Assembly: GCA_035301245.1 (NCBI GenBank)
Contig: DATGUS010000072.1
Location: 54,053-118,052, forward strand
DNA from: Alloiococcus sp.
GTDB lineage: Bacteria > Bacillota > Bacilli > Lactobacillales > Carnobacteriaceae_A
DNA: 64,000 nt
Direction of reading: 5' to 3'
Positions 11,090-20,529 of the stretch are shown here, in pieces. The stretch's first letter is position 1. Each line of letters starts with the position of its first letter. The notes under the pieces were generated by a model. It had not been told where the DNA came from and made no database searches. It was given only the letters and a program-made list of their open reading frames with translations. The position numbers and the translations under genes were made by a program.

Positions 11090-12217
11090 TTAAATTAATG
11101 ATAACATTAATTTAATTATATCATCTGATGCATTGGGTCTTCCTAATTTTTTAGCTTCGTTAGCCATTTCAAGTCTTGCTGTTTCATTCATCATCAAACT
11201 ATCAATCTGTTCAACGAATAAATCTACAGTTAGATCACTCTCTTGAATCATCACTGCCGCATTATGATTTACTAAACTCCGTGCATTTTTAGTTTGGTGA
11301 TCTTCTGTAACATTCGGACTTGGGATTAAAATACTTGGTAAACCCAAAGCCGTTAATTCAGCTAGAGTAGTCGCACCGCTTCGTGAGACAACAAGATCGA
11401 TTTCTTTAAACACCTGTGGCATTCGATCGATATACGCTTCGATAAAGATATTATCTTTTTCATAATCACCATACAAGTCAGCGAGTTGATTAATAATTGA
11501 TGAATAATTAGCTGAACCTGGGACAAATAAAATCTGATACGGTTTCTTAGCTAATATTTCATAACTCTTAATAAATGCTTGATTTATTTCATAAGCTCCG
11601 CGACTTCCACCAAAGATAATAACTGATGTCTTATTCGGATCAAGTCCTAAATCAGACAAGGCATTATCCGCCTTAACATTCGCAACTTCTTGTGCTCTAG
11701 GATTTCCAGTATAAACCACTTTAGAAATATATTTTTTAAATTCATCAGCCGCTTCTTCAAAGCAGATAGCAATTTTATCTACATAACGTGCTAAGAATTT
11801 GTTTGTTATACCTGCTACACTATTTTGTTCATGAATAATAGTAGGTATTTGTAATTTAGCTGCTTGATAAAGCACGGGTGCACAAACATAACCACCTGTT
11901 CCGATGACTATATCAGGTTGAAATTCTTTAATAATTTTTCTTGCTTTTCGTAAACTATTTATAAAGTAATAAACTGACTTCATATTGTATAGAAAACCAT
12001 CTTTATTTAATTTTCTGACAAACCCTTCAACTTTAATTGACTTAAAGGGAATTTCTGTGTCGCGAACTACTTTACTTTCTAAACCACGTTCTGTTCCTAT
12101 ATATAAAAATTCAACATTAGCATTGATTTCTTTTAGACGATCAGCTAAGGCAAGAGCGGGATAAATATGTCCCCCCGTACCGCCACCAGAAAGTATGATT
12201 TTTAACGGTTTTTTCAT
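11090..12217 (-). CDS. murG: Undecaprenyl-PP-MurNAc-pentapeptide GlcNAc transferase
   Basis: GGGTGGHIYP, HEQN, GGSRGA, SRSGATT. Confidence 0.97.
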   Translation of the reverse strand: MKKPLKIILSGGGTGGHIYPALALADRLKEINANVEFLYIGTERGLESKVVRDTEIPFKSIKVEGFVRKLNKDGFLYNMKSVYYFINSLRKARKIIKEFQPDIVIGTGGYVCAPVLYQAAKLQIPTIIHEQNSVAGITNKFLARYVDKIAICFEEAADEFKKYISKVVYTGNPRAQEVANVKADNALSDLGLDPNKTSVIIFGGSRGAYEINQAFIKSYEILAKKPYQILFVPGSANYSSIINQLADLYGDYEKDNIFIEAYIDRMPQVFKEIDLVVSRSGATTLAELTALGLPSILIPSPNVTEDHQTKNARSLVNHNAAVMIQESDLTVDLFVEQIDSLMMNETARLEMANEAKKLGRPNASDDIIKLMLSLI

Positions 12218-12222
12218 TGGGA

Positions 12223-13602
12223 TTAGTCAAACTCCTTTAGTCCTAATTCATTGATTAAATGATCAATCGATTGAACGTAATCATCGCCCCGTTCTTCGAA
12301 ACTATTATATTGATCCCAACTAGCACACGCTGGTGAGAACAAAATGATTGAATCTTTTTTACTATACTTATAGGCGACAGGCACAGTTTCAGCTACGGTG
12401 TTCACAACAGTTATTTCGTTAATTCCTTGCTCTTTAAAGTAGCAAGCCAATTTTTGATTAGTCTCACCAAAAGTAACGACAGCAGTAACATTCTCAAGAT
12501 AATTATTTAATTCTTCAAAAGATTCGTGACGATCTAACCCACCGGAAATTAGTACCGTTGGTTGATTGAATCCTTCTAAAGCTTTTTGAGTCGCTAGTGC
12601 ATTTGTTGCTTTTGAGTCATTAACAAACAATCGTTGGTTAAAACGTCTCACCACTTGGCTTCTATGCTTAACACCGGTAAATTGATTGATGCTTTTCTCA
12701 ATCTGTTCATTATTTAAATCACATAATTTAGCTACGGATACAGCAGCTAAAATATTTTGAATATTATGTAATCCATTAATTTGAATATTATCTAAATTCA
12801 TAACAAATTGCTGATTGTAATACACCTTATTATCTTTGAGATACGTTCCAACTTCAAGTGTTTCAATCATTGAAAAAGGTATAAGTGTGGCATTGGATTC
12901 TTTAGCTACTAATTCTGCCAATTCTTCCTGATCTTTATAGTAAACAAGATAATCATCTGTAGTCTGATTAGCAGTGATCTTCATTTTTGCTGACACATAC
13001 TCTTCACGATTTTTATGATAATCCAAATGAGCTGAATATATATTATTAATCACAGCAATGTGTGGACGAAAATCTTTTGATGCTATTAACTGAAAACTAG
13101 ATAACTCAATGATAACGTCATCATCTTTTTTTGCTTTTAACGCGATATGACTAACAGGAACACCAATGTTACCCACTGTAAAAACATTCCCACTTCTACG
13201 TTGAGTTGTAAAAATATTTCTAAGAAGAGATACAGTCGTCGTTTTACCATTTGTTCCCGTTACAGCTATGATATTCGAATTGATTAAATCCGAAGCTACT
13301 TCCACTTCAGTAATCACTGGTATATTCAATGATTCAGCTTGTTGAATCATTGGATTAATATATGGAATGCCTGGATTTTTAACGACATAATCAATTTCGG
13401 AGGTAACTAAGTTGTCAGGATGGTATCCTGTTATCACTTCGATTCCCATACTAATTAATTCTTTTGCCTCTTCATTCTCTTCTAGTGGCTTCGCATCATT
13501 GACAATAATATTTGCTCCCAATTGATGCAATAATTTAGCAACACTTAAACCACTTCTTGCTAATCCTAGAATCAATATTTTTTTGTTTTTATACTTTGAC
13601 AT
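12223..13602 (-). CDS. murD: UDP-MurNAc-L-Ala--D-Glu ligase
   Basis: GLARSG, TGTNGKTTT, ELSSFQL, NDSKATN, SPACASWDQY. Confidence 0.97.
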   Translation of the reverse strand: MSKYKNKKILILGLARSGLSVAKLLHQLGANIIVNDAKPLEENEEAKELISMGIEVITGYHPDNLVTSEIDYVVKNPGIPYINPMIQQAESLNIPVITEVEVASDLINSNIIAVTGTNGKTTTVSLLRNIFTTQRRSGNVFTVGNIGVPVSHIALKAKKDDDVIIELSSFQLIASKDFRPHIAVINNIYSAHLDYHKNREEYVSAKMKITANQTTDDYLVYYKDQEELAELVAKESNATLIPFSMIETLEVGTYLKDNKVYYNQQFVMNLDNIQINGLHNIQNILAAVSVAKLCDLNNEQIEKSINQFTGVKHRSQVVRRFNQRLFVNDSKATNALATQKALEGFNQPTVLISGGLDRHESFEELNNYLENVTAVVTFGETNQKLACYFKEQGINEITVVNTVAETVPVAYKYSKKDSIILFSPACASWDQYNSFEERGDDYVQSIDHLINELGLKEFD

Positions 13603-13635
13603 GATATATATCCTTTCTTAGTACGAGAAACATAT

Positions 13636-13663
13636 AAAAAAACTGGAGTTTAAACTCCAGTTT
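13636..13663 (-). terminator. Intrinsic terminator-like hairpin between mraY and murD
   Basis: Palindrome AAACTGGAGTTTAAACTCCAGTTT followed by a T-run on the minus strand. Confidence 0.65.
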
Positions 13664-13673
13664 AGTATCTATA

Positions 13674-14627
13674 TTATAGCACTATCATAATAGTGACTAA
13701 AGAAAAAATTAAGGTGATTATTGAAAATAGAATTACAATTTTCCATTCACTAAATCCACTCATCTCAAAATGATGGTGAATTGGAGTCATTTTAAATATT
13801 CTTTTTCCAGTTGTTTTAAATGATGTCACTTGTAACATGACACTTGCTGTTTCGATCACAAAAATAATACCAATGAAAAGCAGTGTCCATTCTAAATCTA
13901 ACATAATCGATAACGTTGCAAATACCCCACCGATTGCTAATGATCCAACATCACCCATGAATATTTTAGCTGGCTTTTTGTTAAAGGCTAAGAATCCTAA
14001 TATACCACCAGTTAAAATTAAAATAAACATTAAAATATCAAATTGGTTTTGTTTAATAGCTATGTAACCATAAGCAGTTAAAGCAATTAAACTCGTTGAT
14101 GCAAGTAAACCATCAATGCCATCTGTTAAGTTCGTCGCATTTGAAAAACCAACTAACCAGAAAATAACAAAGAAAGGATATAGAATACCTAAGTTCATTG
14201 ACCAGCCGAATGGTAAAACGAGTACCGTTGAAATATCAGCAACAAAATAAAAGATAATAGCTGCAATAATCTGACCAATTAATTTTTGTAGACTCGTTAG
14301 CCCTAGATTCCGTTTCATAATTAACTTAATATAATCATCAAAAAAGCCAATTAAACCATACACTACAAATACCATTAATAACAATGCCATTTGCTTTGTA
14401 CCTAAATTTAGCAGAAAAGCAAGACTAGTCACAATAATGGTAGCTAAAATAAATGCCACCCCACCCATGGTCGGTGTTCCTGATTTTGCTTGATGCCAAC
14501 TTGGACCAATTTCTCTTGTTATCTGTCCTAATTGTTTTTTTCTAAAATAGCGAATGACTAACGGCATTAAGAGTAGTGTAACTAATAAAGAACTCAAAAA
14601 TGGCCATATTTGTTGTAATGAAATCAT
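13674..14627 (-). CDS. mraY: Phospho-N-acetylmuramoyl-pentapeptide transferase
   Basis: KSGTPTMGG, NLTDGIDGL, FMGDVGS, PIHHHFE; ATG at 14627 after CAGGAGA. Confidence 0.97.
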   Translation of the reverse strand: MISLQQIWPFLSSLLVTLLLMPLVIRYFRKKQLGQITREIGPSWHQAKSGTPTMGGVAFILATIIVTSLAFLLNLGTKQMALLLMVFVVYGLIGFFDDYIKLIMKRNLGLTSLQKLIGQIIAAIIFYFVADISTVLVLPFGWSMNLGILYPFFVIFWLVGFSNATNLTDGIDGLLASTSLIALTAYGYIAIKQNQFDILMFILILTGGILGFLAFNKKPAKIFMGDVGSLAIGGVFATLSIMLDLEWTLLFIGIIFVIETASVMLQVTSFKTTGKRIFKMTPIHHHFEMSGFSEWKIVILFSIITLIFSLVTIMIVL

Positions 14628-14747
14628 TTTTTTCTCCTGTATCAATAATAACGGGTCTGTAGCATAAGCTAGAGACCCTTTAAATTTAAACGCTTATATC
14701 TAGATTATAATTAATAAACTAAATAGTCAATGAAAAAATATTGAATA

Positions 14748-16982
14748 TTATGGTTCTTCAAATGTAGATTCTTTCCAAATTTGTTCTGGATTTTGAGTCA
14801 CTATTTCTTCATCAGATTTTTCGCTCTTATATTCATTTGGACTTGATAAAGTAACAAAGAGAGAATCACCTGTTTCAATAAATGATCCAATTGGAATATC
14901 TTGTGTTTGAACATATCCTTCACCTTCAAAATCAACTGATAGTCCGGTCAACTCAGCTAACTTCAAAACATCATTTCGCGACCAGCCTGAAATATCAGGC
15001 ATTGACATAGCCCCATTAGTCAATAGAATAATGCGTTGTCCATTATAAATATGGCTACCACGGTATGGATATTGTTGAACTATTTTATCACCAGTTCCTA
15101 CTACGCTGTAATTAGTGCCAGATTCATCTAGCTGATTAAGAATTTCTGAAGTGTCACTCTCTACAAACTGAGGTATCTCTTTAGTTAACGGGCTTTCTTC
15201 ATCTTCTGTCTGTAGGGCCGCTCCTTCTTGAATAAGTAGACGATGACTTAATGGTTTAAATATTTTGTTTACAACCATACTACCATGTCCCACATTATTT
15301 AACTCAGGTTGTTGAACCGTAATGTATATTGTGTATTGTGGATCATCTGAGGGGAACATTGTAACCACAGAAAAAATAAAGTCTGTTGATGAACTGTAAT
15401 ATTTACCTGTATCCGGATTAACAATTTGAGCGGTTCCTGTTTTGGCTGATACGGGAACTTCATCTAAGCGATAACCTCGTGCTGTTCCAACTTCACTGTC
15501 GACACCCATTTGTAAATATTTCAGTGTTTTCTCAGCTGTTTCTTTTGAAATAGGTTGACTTTTTAACTTTTCTTCATTAATATTTTCTTCATTTTTATTA
15601 GAATTAAAAACGCTTTGAACGATTCTTGGCTGTATCATTTGTCCTTCATTTGTAATCGCAGTTAAAGCTTGTAACATTTGAACAGGAGTAACGGTTATCC
15701 CTTGTCCAAATGCAGTGTTGACTTTTTGAAGTTCCCAAACATAAGGGTTTTCACCAGAGCTTTCATTTGGCAGTTCAATTCCTGTAGGGGTGCCGAAACC
15801 AAACGCATCCAAGTAAGATTTCCAGGTTTCATATCCCATTGCTTCAACTAACTTAACAAAGGATACGTTACTTGATCGATACAAACCTTCTAAGTAGCTG
15901 ATTACTCCCCATCCTTCGGGTTTTACGTCGCGAACACGTCCCCCAGCTACTTCGTAAGATCCCGATTGATAAAAAGCATCGGGATCAAATACGCCTTCTT
16001 CAATGGCGGCAGCAAGCGTAATAATTTTCAAAGTCGAACCAGGTTCGTATTCATACTCAACTAAAAGATTCTGCCAGCTCTGATCAATGCCTTCTTTCGT
16101 CATCGCATTAAACGAAGGACGTTGCGTTGAAGCAATAATTTCACCTGTTTTAGAATCCATAACGGTAGCTGTCATTGCTTTTGGTGAATGTTCTTCTTCA
16201 ACTTGTGTCATAATATTTTCTAAGTATGTTTGTAAACGACGATCTATCGTTAAGTGAACATCTGACCCATTAACTGATTCTGTCGCTTCGACTTTTTGAT
16301 TTGGCAAGGCATAACCGAAATGATCTTTTTGGAATCTCACATCACCATTTTGACCGGTGAGTTGTTCGTTATATTGTTCTTCAAGTCCCATTACACCTTT
16401 AATTTGATTATCTTCGTCAGCATCTTGTGCTAGTCCAATAATATGAGAAGCAAACATGCCATTTGGATATAGCCTGGTTTGACTTTCTTCAAATGTCAAT
16501 CCTTTTAAATCTGCTTTTTCCATTTCTTCTTTTATCAAATTTACTGTATCAAAAGATAAATTATTTCCTGCAGACCCAAACTCAACCTGACTAGAATCAG
16601 ATGTCAATTTATCATAGGCTTTCTCGTAACTAATCGCTAAATGATCTGATAAAATAGTAGCTATCTTTTCAGGTTCAGTGACATGAATGGGTTTTTCTTT
16701 CGGTGACCATTCATCTGTTAACACAGCAACCATTTTATAACTTGTTGCATCAACAGCTATGGGGTTATCATTTTTATCAAAAATTGTCCCACGCTGTGCC
16801 GTTACTTTATCCTCAGAATTATACAGATGATTAACACGTTCAATTAAATCTTGACCTTCGACTGTACCAACTACCATTATATTTGTCAGTCTTATCCCAA
16901 CTAAACCAAACATTATGATTGTAACGAAAAATAATAGGAAGCCGAATATTCTTTTGTTTTTTAATGAATGCTTATTTTTCAT
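14748..16982 (-). CDS. pbpB: Class B division penicillin-binding protein with two PASTA domains (PBP2B/PBP2x type)
   Basis: SxxK (GSTLK), SxN (SSN) and KTG motifs; follows ftsL. Confidence 0.92.
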   Translation of the reverse strand: MKNKHSLKNKRIFGFLLFFVTIIMFGLVGIRLTNIMVVGTVEGQDLIERVNHLYNSEDKVTAQRGTIFDKNDNPIAVDATSYKMVAVLTDEWSPKEKPIHVTEPEKIATILSDHLAISYEKAYDKLTSDSSQVEFGSAGNNLSFDTVNLIKEEMEKADLKGLTFEESQTRLYPNGMFASHIIGLAQDADEDNQIKGVMGLEEQYNEQLTGQNGDVRFQKDHFGYALPNQKVEATESVNGSDVHLTIDRRLQTYLENIMTQVEEEHSPKAMTATVMDSKTGEIIASTQRPSFNAMTKEGIDQSWQNLLVEYEYEPGSTLKIITLAAAIEEGVFDPDAFYQSGSYEVAGGRVRDVKPEGWGVISYLEGLYRSSNVSFVKLVEAMGYETWKSYLDAFGFGTPTGIELPNESSGENPYVWELQKVNTAFGQGITVTPVQMLQALTAITNEGQMIQPRIVQSVFNSNKNEENINEEKLKSQPISKETAEKTLKYLQMGVDSEVGTARGYRLDEVPVSAKTGTAQIVNPDTGKYYSSSTDFIFSVVTMFPSDDPQYTIYITVQQPELNNVGHGSMVVNKIFKPLSHRLLIQEGAALQTEDEESPLTKEIPQFVESDTSEILNQLDESGTNYSVVGTGDKIVQQYPYRGSHIYNGQRIILLTNGAMSMPDISGWSRNDVLKLAELTGLSVDFEGEGYVQTQDIPIGSFIETGDSLFVTLSSPNEYKSEKSDEEIVTQNPEQIWKESTFEEP

Positions 16983-17371
16983 TATTCAACATTCCTTATA
17001 TTTGCATTATTAGATTTTAAACCGTGCTCCTCACCAATTTGATGCACACGATCATATCGTGATAATTCTTGGACATTTTGCTCTAAATTTGTATTAATTA
17101 CAGTTGTATCATTAATTTTAGTGTTAATGTCTTGAACTTCTTGACTAATGGATGTTAACTGTGAACTCATAGATATACTTGCAATAGATAATCCGACGAA
17201 TAAAGCCAACATAAAACTTATCAATGTTTTTTCAAAACGTGTCAGTATTTTCTTACCAACCGTACTTCTAATCGATTTACTAATTGGTTGGTCTAATGGT
17301 TGGTCGTATGGTTGAGCGGTCTGATTGGGTTGGTATTGATATTGTCTTGCTAAGTTATCATTCATTTCCAT
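16982..17371 (-). CDS. ftsL: Cell division protein FtsL
   Basis: TM helix plus coiled coil ending ELSRYDRV; lies between rsmH and pbp; start uncertain (17365-17380). Confidence 0.88.
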   Translation of the reverse strand: MEMNDNLARQYQYQPNQTAQPYDQPLDQPISKSIRSTVGKKILTRFEKTLISFMLALFVGLSIASISMSSQLTSISQEVQDINTKINDTTVINTNLEQNVQELSRYDRVHQIGEEHGLKSNNANIRNVE

Positions 17372-17376
17372 TTTAA

Positions 17377-18327
17377 TCACTCTTCCATTCTTTGTTTCTC
17401 AGCAACTCTTAACTTGGCACTTCGTGAACGATTATTTTCTTCTAACTCTTCTTTACTGGCACTGATTGGTTTATTATTAATCAGCTTAAGAATTGGTAAG
17501 TCAAAGTCAGGAAGCACAGGTAAATTTCTAGGTAAATCAGGTGGAGTTGAATAATCTTTAAACGTATGTTTTACAATGCGGTCTTCTAGTGAATGAAATG
17601 AAATAACACTGATTCTTCCATGTAAATTAAGCAACTGGATTGATTGTTTTAAAGAATCTTCTAAAGCACCTAGCTCGTCATTTACAGCAATGCGAATTGC
17701 CTGAAATGTACGTTTAGCTGGATGTCCACCTTTACGTCTAGCTGGTGCCGGAATACCTTCTTTAATAAGATCAACTAAATCATGTGTCGTCTTAATCGGT
17801 TCCACTTCTCTCGCAGCTTCAATTTTTCTAACGATTTGTTTTGAAAAACGTTCTTCTCCATATTTAAATAAAATAGCTACTAACTCGTTATAGGACCATT
17901 CATTAACAACTTCGTATGCTGTTAAACGTTGTTGTTTATTCATACGCATATCTAGTGGGGCATTCTGATGATAACTGAATCCACGTTCTGCTTCGTCCAA
18001 TTGAGGTGATGACACACCTAAGTCATATAAGATTCCGTCTACTCGTTCAACATCTCGGTTATTTAACTCTTCAGTAATATTACGGAAATTCGAATGAATT
18101 AATGTTAATTTCCCTGATTCAATGTCTTTTGATAATTTTTCTTTTACATAATTAACGGCAGTTTCATCTTGGTCGAAAGAAAACAAACGACCTTTATCAC
18201 TTAATTTTTCTAATATTAATGATGTGTGCCCTGCTCCGCCTAATGTCATATCAACATATATGCCGTCTGGTTTAATATTTAGGCCATTAACGGTTTCATT
18301 TAGCAATACAGTATCGTGATTAAACAT
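17377..18327 (-). CDS. rsmH: 16S rRNA m4C1402 methyltransferase
   Basis: [35 protein letters not shown]. Confidence 0.97.
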   Translation of the reverse strand: MFNHDTVLLNETVNGLNIKPDGIYVDMTLGGAGHTSLILEKLSDKGRLFSFDQDETAVNYVKEKLSKDIESGKLTLIHSNFRNITEELNNRDVERVDGILYDLGVSSPQLDEAERGFSYHQNAPLDMRMNKQQRLTAYEVVNEWSYNELVAILFKYGEERFSKQIVRKIEAAREVEPIKTTHDLVDLIKEGIPAPARRKGGHPAKRTFQAIRIAVNDELGALEDSLKQSIQLLNLHGRISVISFHSLEDRIVKHTFKDYSTPPDLPRNLPVLPDFDLPILKLINNKPISASKEELEENNRSRSAKLRVAEKQRMEE

Positions 18328-18347
18328 CGTTATCCAAGACTCCTTTC

Positions 18348-18779
18348 TTAAAAGCCAAAGTCAATCATTTCTTCTGCTAGATCTTCGAATGATTCTTCAG
18401 CAGCCTCACTGATTTCTAACCAGCGTTCCTCACTCCAAATCTCGAATCGTTCTGAAACGCCAATTAAATAACAATCTTTTTCTAATTTAGCATAATTAAC
18501 CAAAGTCTTTGGTAAATTAATACGCCCTTGTTTATCTAATGTGCATTCCACAGCACCAGAATAAAAAAAGCGCGTAAATTGTCTTGATTCACGTTTAGCT
18601 AGTGGTAAATTTTTCAATTTCTCTTCAAGCTCTTTCCAAGCTTCCATGGGGTAGCCAAATAAACAGCCATCTAACCCTCGAGTAACGATAAAAGAATCAC
18701 CGAGTTGATCTCTAAATTTTGACGGCACGATTAAACGGCCTTTAGTATCAATTTTATGTTGAAATTCGCCCATCAACAT
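18348..18779 (-). CDS. mraZ: Transcriptional regulator MraZ
   Basis: Two DxKGR/DKQGR SpoVT-AbrB repeats. Confidence 0.97.
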   Translation of the reverse strand: MLMGEFQHKIDTKGRLIVPSKFRDQLGDSFIVTRGLDGCLFGYPMEAWKELEEKLKNLPLAKRESRQFTRFFYSGAVECTLDKQGRINLPKTLVNYAKLEKDCYLIGVSERFEIWSEERWLEISEAAEESFEDLAEEMIDFGF

Positions 18780-18795
18780 CTTTATCGCACTCCTT

Positions 18796-18843
18796 CCCCA
18801 CTTAATTATTCACATTTTACCACATCGCCCCACTTTCCTCCAC
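18796..18843 (-). promoter_or_regulatory. MraZ binding repeats
   Basis: GTGGAG-n4-GTGGGG-n4-GTGGTA-n4-GTGAAT, then GTGGGG; 10-bp periodicity upstream of mraZ. Confidence 0.8.
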
Positions 18844-19107
18844 AATTTATGTCAAATCTTTACAAAATAATCTTTTCTTAAGAAAAGCATCATTTTTCAA
18901 TAAAAAACAGTTAAATTCAGCTAAGCTCATTCTAAAATGGTGTCAATTTGTCTAAATAAATCAAAAAATGTGGTGGGTGTTTTACTAGTTGGTTAGAGTT
19001 TAAGATAAGTGCAATGTCCTAGATGATTACTGATTTTTTGACTTATGATTTAATAAATATGGCTATTTGCTCCAAAAATGAAATGAATCTAATGATCTTA
19101 GATAAAT

Positions 19108-19116
19108 TGTGGATAA
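19108..19116. promoter_or_regulatory. Perfect DnaA box
   Basis: TGTGGATAA (= TTATCCACA) in the intergenic region upstream of mraZ. Confidence 0.5.
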
Positions 19117-19154
19117 AATTGTTAATGATACAGATTTAAATAAATTTTTGACAA

Positions 19155-19199
19155 TAAAAAAGACTCGATGTTTTGACTTTTTAGTCAAAACATCGAGTC
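19155..19199 (-). terminator. Intrinsic terminator after the DUF3397 gene
   Basis: 17-bp perfect stem GACTCGATGTTTTGACT/AGTCAAAACATCGAGTC plus T-run on the minus strand. Confidence 0.8.
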
Positions 19200-19230
19200 G
19201 ATTAGTTAAATTATTCTATTTGATTTTAAT

Positions 19231-19605
19231 TTATATTAATACTGAAACAATCGCAGCTAACCCTGCAACTACATACATAACGAAAGCAACAAGAAAGACA
19301 ACACGCCACCAAATTCTAAAAAAACGTGAATAGATAATATCTTTATTTTTTCGTAAGTAATTAATTACCATCACTATACCGATAACTGCCATAATAAAAC
19401 TTAAAAATACAATCCAAGTACGATTGAATGCTATTCGACTAAACCAATGTATACCAAAGATTAAATATATATTTAATAAATCCGGTGTTTTAAACGGAGC
19501 ATTCTGTATTCTTAATTGGTCATTAATTTTTTTATGAAAATAAATAATCACAAATGGCACTATAAATAGTACAACAAGGGCAATAAAATATAAAAATGTT
19601 CCCAT
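19231..19605 (-). CDS. DUF3397 family membrane protein
   Basis: Four hydrophobic segments, PDL and FFRIWWR motifs; typical position upstream of mraZ. Confidence 0.75.
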   Translation of the reverse strand: MGTFLYFIALVVLFIVPFVIIYFHKKINDQLRIQNAPFKTPDLLNIYLIFGIHWFSRIAFNRTWIVFLSFIMAVIGIVMVINYLRKNKDIIYSRFFRIWWRVVFLVAFVMYVVAGLAAIVSVLI

Positions 19606-19675
19606 ATATATCCTCTCAATCCTTTACTTATTTTTATTATTTTAACATAAATATTTTTATACGAAAAATAAGCAC

Positions 19676-19704
19676 AAAAAAAGTAGCGATTAAAATCGCT
19701 ACTT
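19676..19704 (-). terminator. rpmF terminator
   Basis: AAGTAGCGAT/ATCGCTACTT stem plus T-run on the minus strand. Confidence 0.75.
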
Positions 19705-19711
19705 CCTATTA

Positions 19712-19885
19712 TTATTTTTCTACGACTTCTTCCCCGCCGTAATATCCACATTCTGAACAAACATGGTGACTACGTTTCATAGCTCCACAATTTGGACACT
19801 CACTCATGTTTGGAAGAATTAATTTTTTATGTGTACGACGTTTGTTTTTACGAGAAGTTGATGTACGTCTCTTTGGTACTGCCAT
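19712..19885 (-). CDS. rpmF: 50S ribosomal protein L32 (zinc-ribbon form)
   Basis: MAVPKRRTS...CPNCG...[10 protein letters not shown]; ATG at 19885 after AAGGAGG. Confidence 0.97.
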   Translation of the reverse strand: MAVPKRRTSTSRKNKRRTHKKLILPNMSECPNCGAMKRSHHVCSECGYYGGEEVVEK

Positions 19886-19922
19886 TTTCCAATACACCTC
19901 CTTGAATAAAATATAATATCAT

Positions 19923-20474
19923 TTAATCTTCTGGAAATAGGTCTTTTAAAACAGAGAATGGTGAATTTTCTTTAGATAGCATGGTTCCAGACTCTTGATA
20001 GTGATCTTCAGTCATAACTTCCCAATCGTTTCCTTTTGGTAAATCTTCGTCTGAAGCTTCAGCATCAGTTAAAACTCGAGATGGGATAGCAAGTATTAAG
20101 CTATCTTCAAGCGGTTTTTTTATATCTAGTTCTTGCGTCTCTAATTCAATTACAATATCATCTGTCTGTGACTCTTTACCTTCCGGAATATAGCCTGGTG
20201 CTAAATATGTTTCTTGTAGTTTAGCATTGCATTTAATGTCTACGGGTTCTAGTGATCTTGTAGAAGGTACCGTTAATGTTGTTGTTAATGTTGCATCAAC
20301 AATAAACATATCTTCCCCTTCAACAATAATCCACCCATCAATATGAGTCGGAGAGGCACTCGTAATACGGTCGCTTCTCTTTTTTAATGATGACTCTAAG
20401 TCAACTTCACCTAATAAGCGGATGGGCTCATTATCTTGTTTACGTAGTTCATTTAATGCCCATTTGATTTTCAT
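19923..20474 (-). CDS. yceD: YceD/DUF177 (YlbN) family protein
   Basis: PSTRSLEPV, LAIP and GNDWEV motifs; directly upstream of rpmF. Confidence 0.88.
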   Translation of the reverse strand: MKIKWALNELRKQDNEPIRLLGEVDLESSLKKRSDRITSASPTHIDGWIIVEGEDMFIVDATLTTTLTVPSTRSLEPVDIKCNAKLQETYLAPGYIPEGKESQTDDIVIELETQELDIKKPLEDSLILAIPSRVLTDAEASDEDLPKGNDWEVMTEDHYQESGTMLSKENSPFSVLKDLFPED

Positions 20475-20529
20475 ATTATCACCTCTATGTCGATCGTATG
20501 TTTACAATATTCACAAGACATAGGCAACA

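Noticed and set aside
17285-17340. Imperfect 12-bp repeats in the 5' part of ftsL (QPxx repeats)
   Set aside because: Low-complexity disordered N-terminus; no spacers, so not CRISPR-like
19109-19333. 74-aa plus-strand ORF
   Set aside because: Runs through a terminator hairpin and antisense into the DUF3397 gene; no SD
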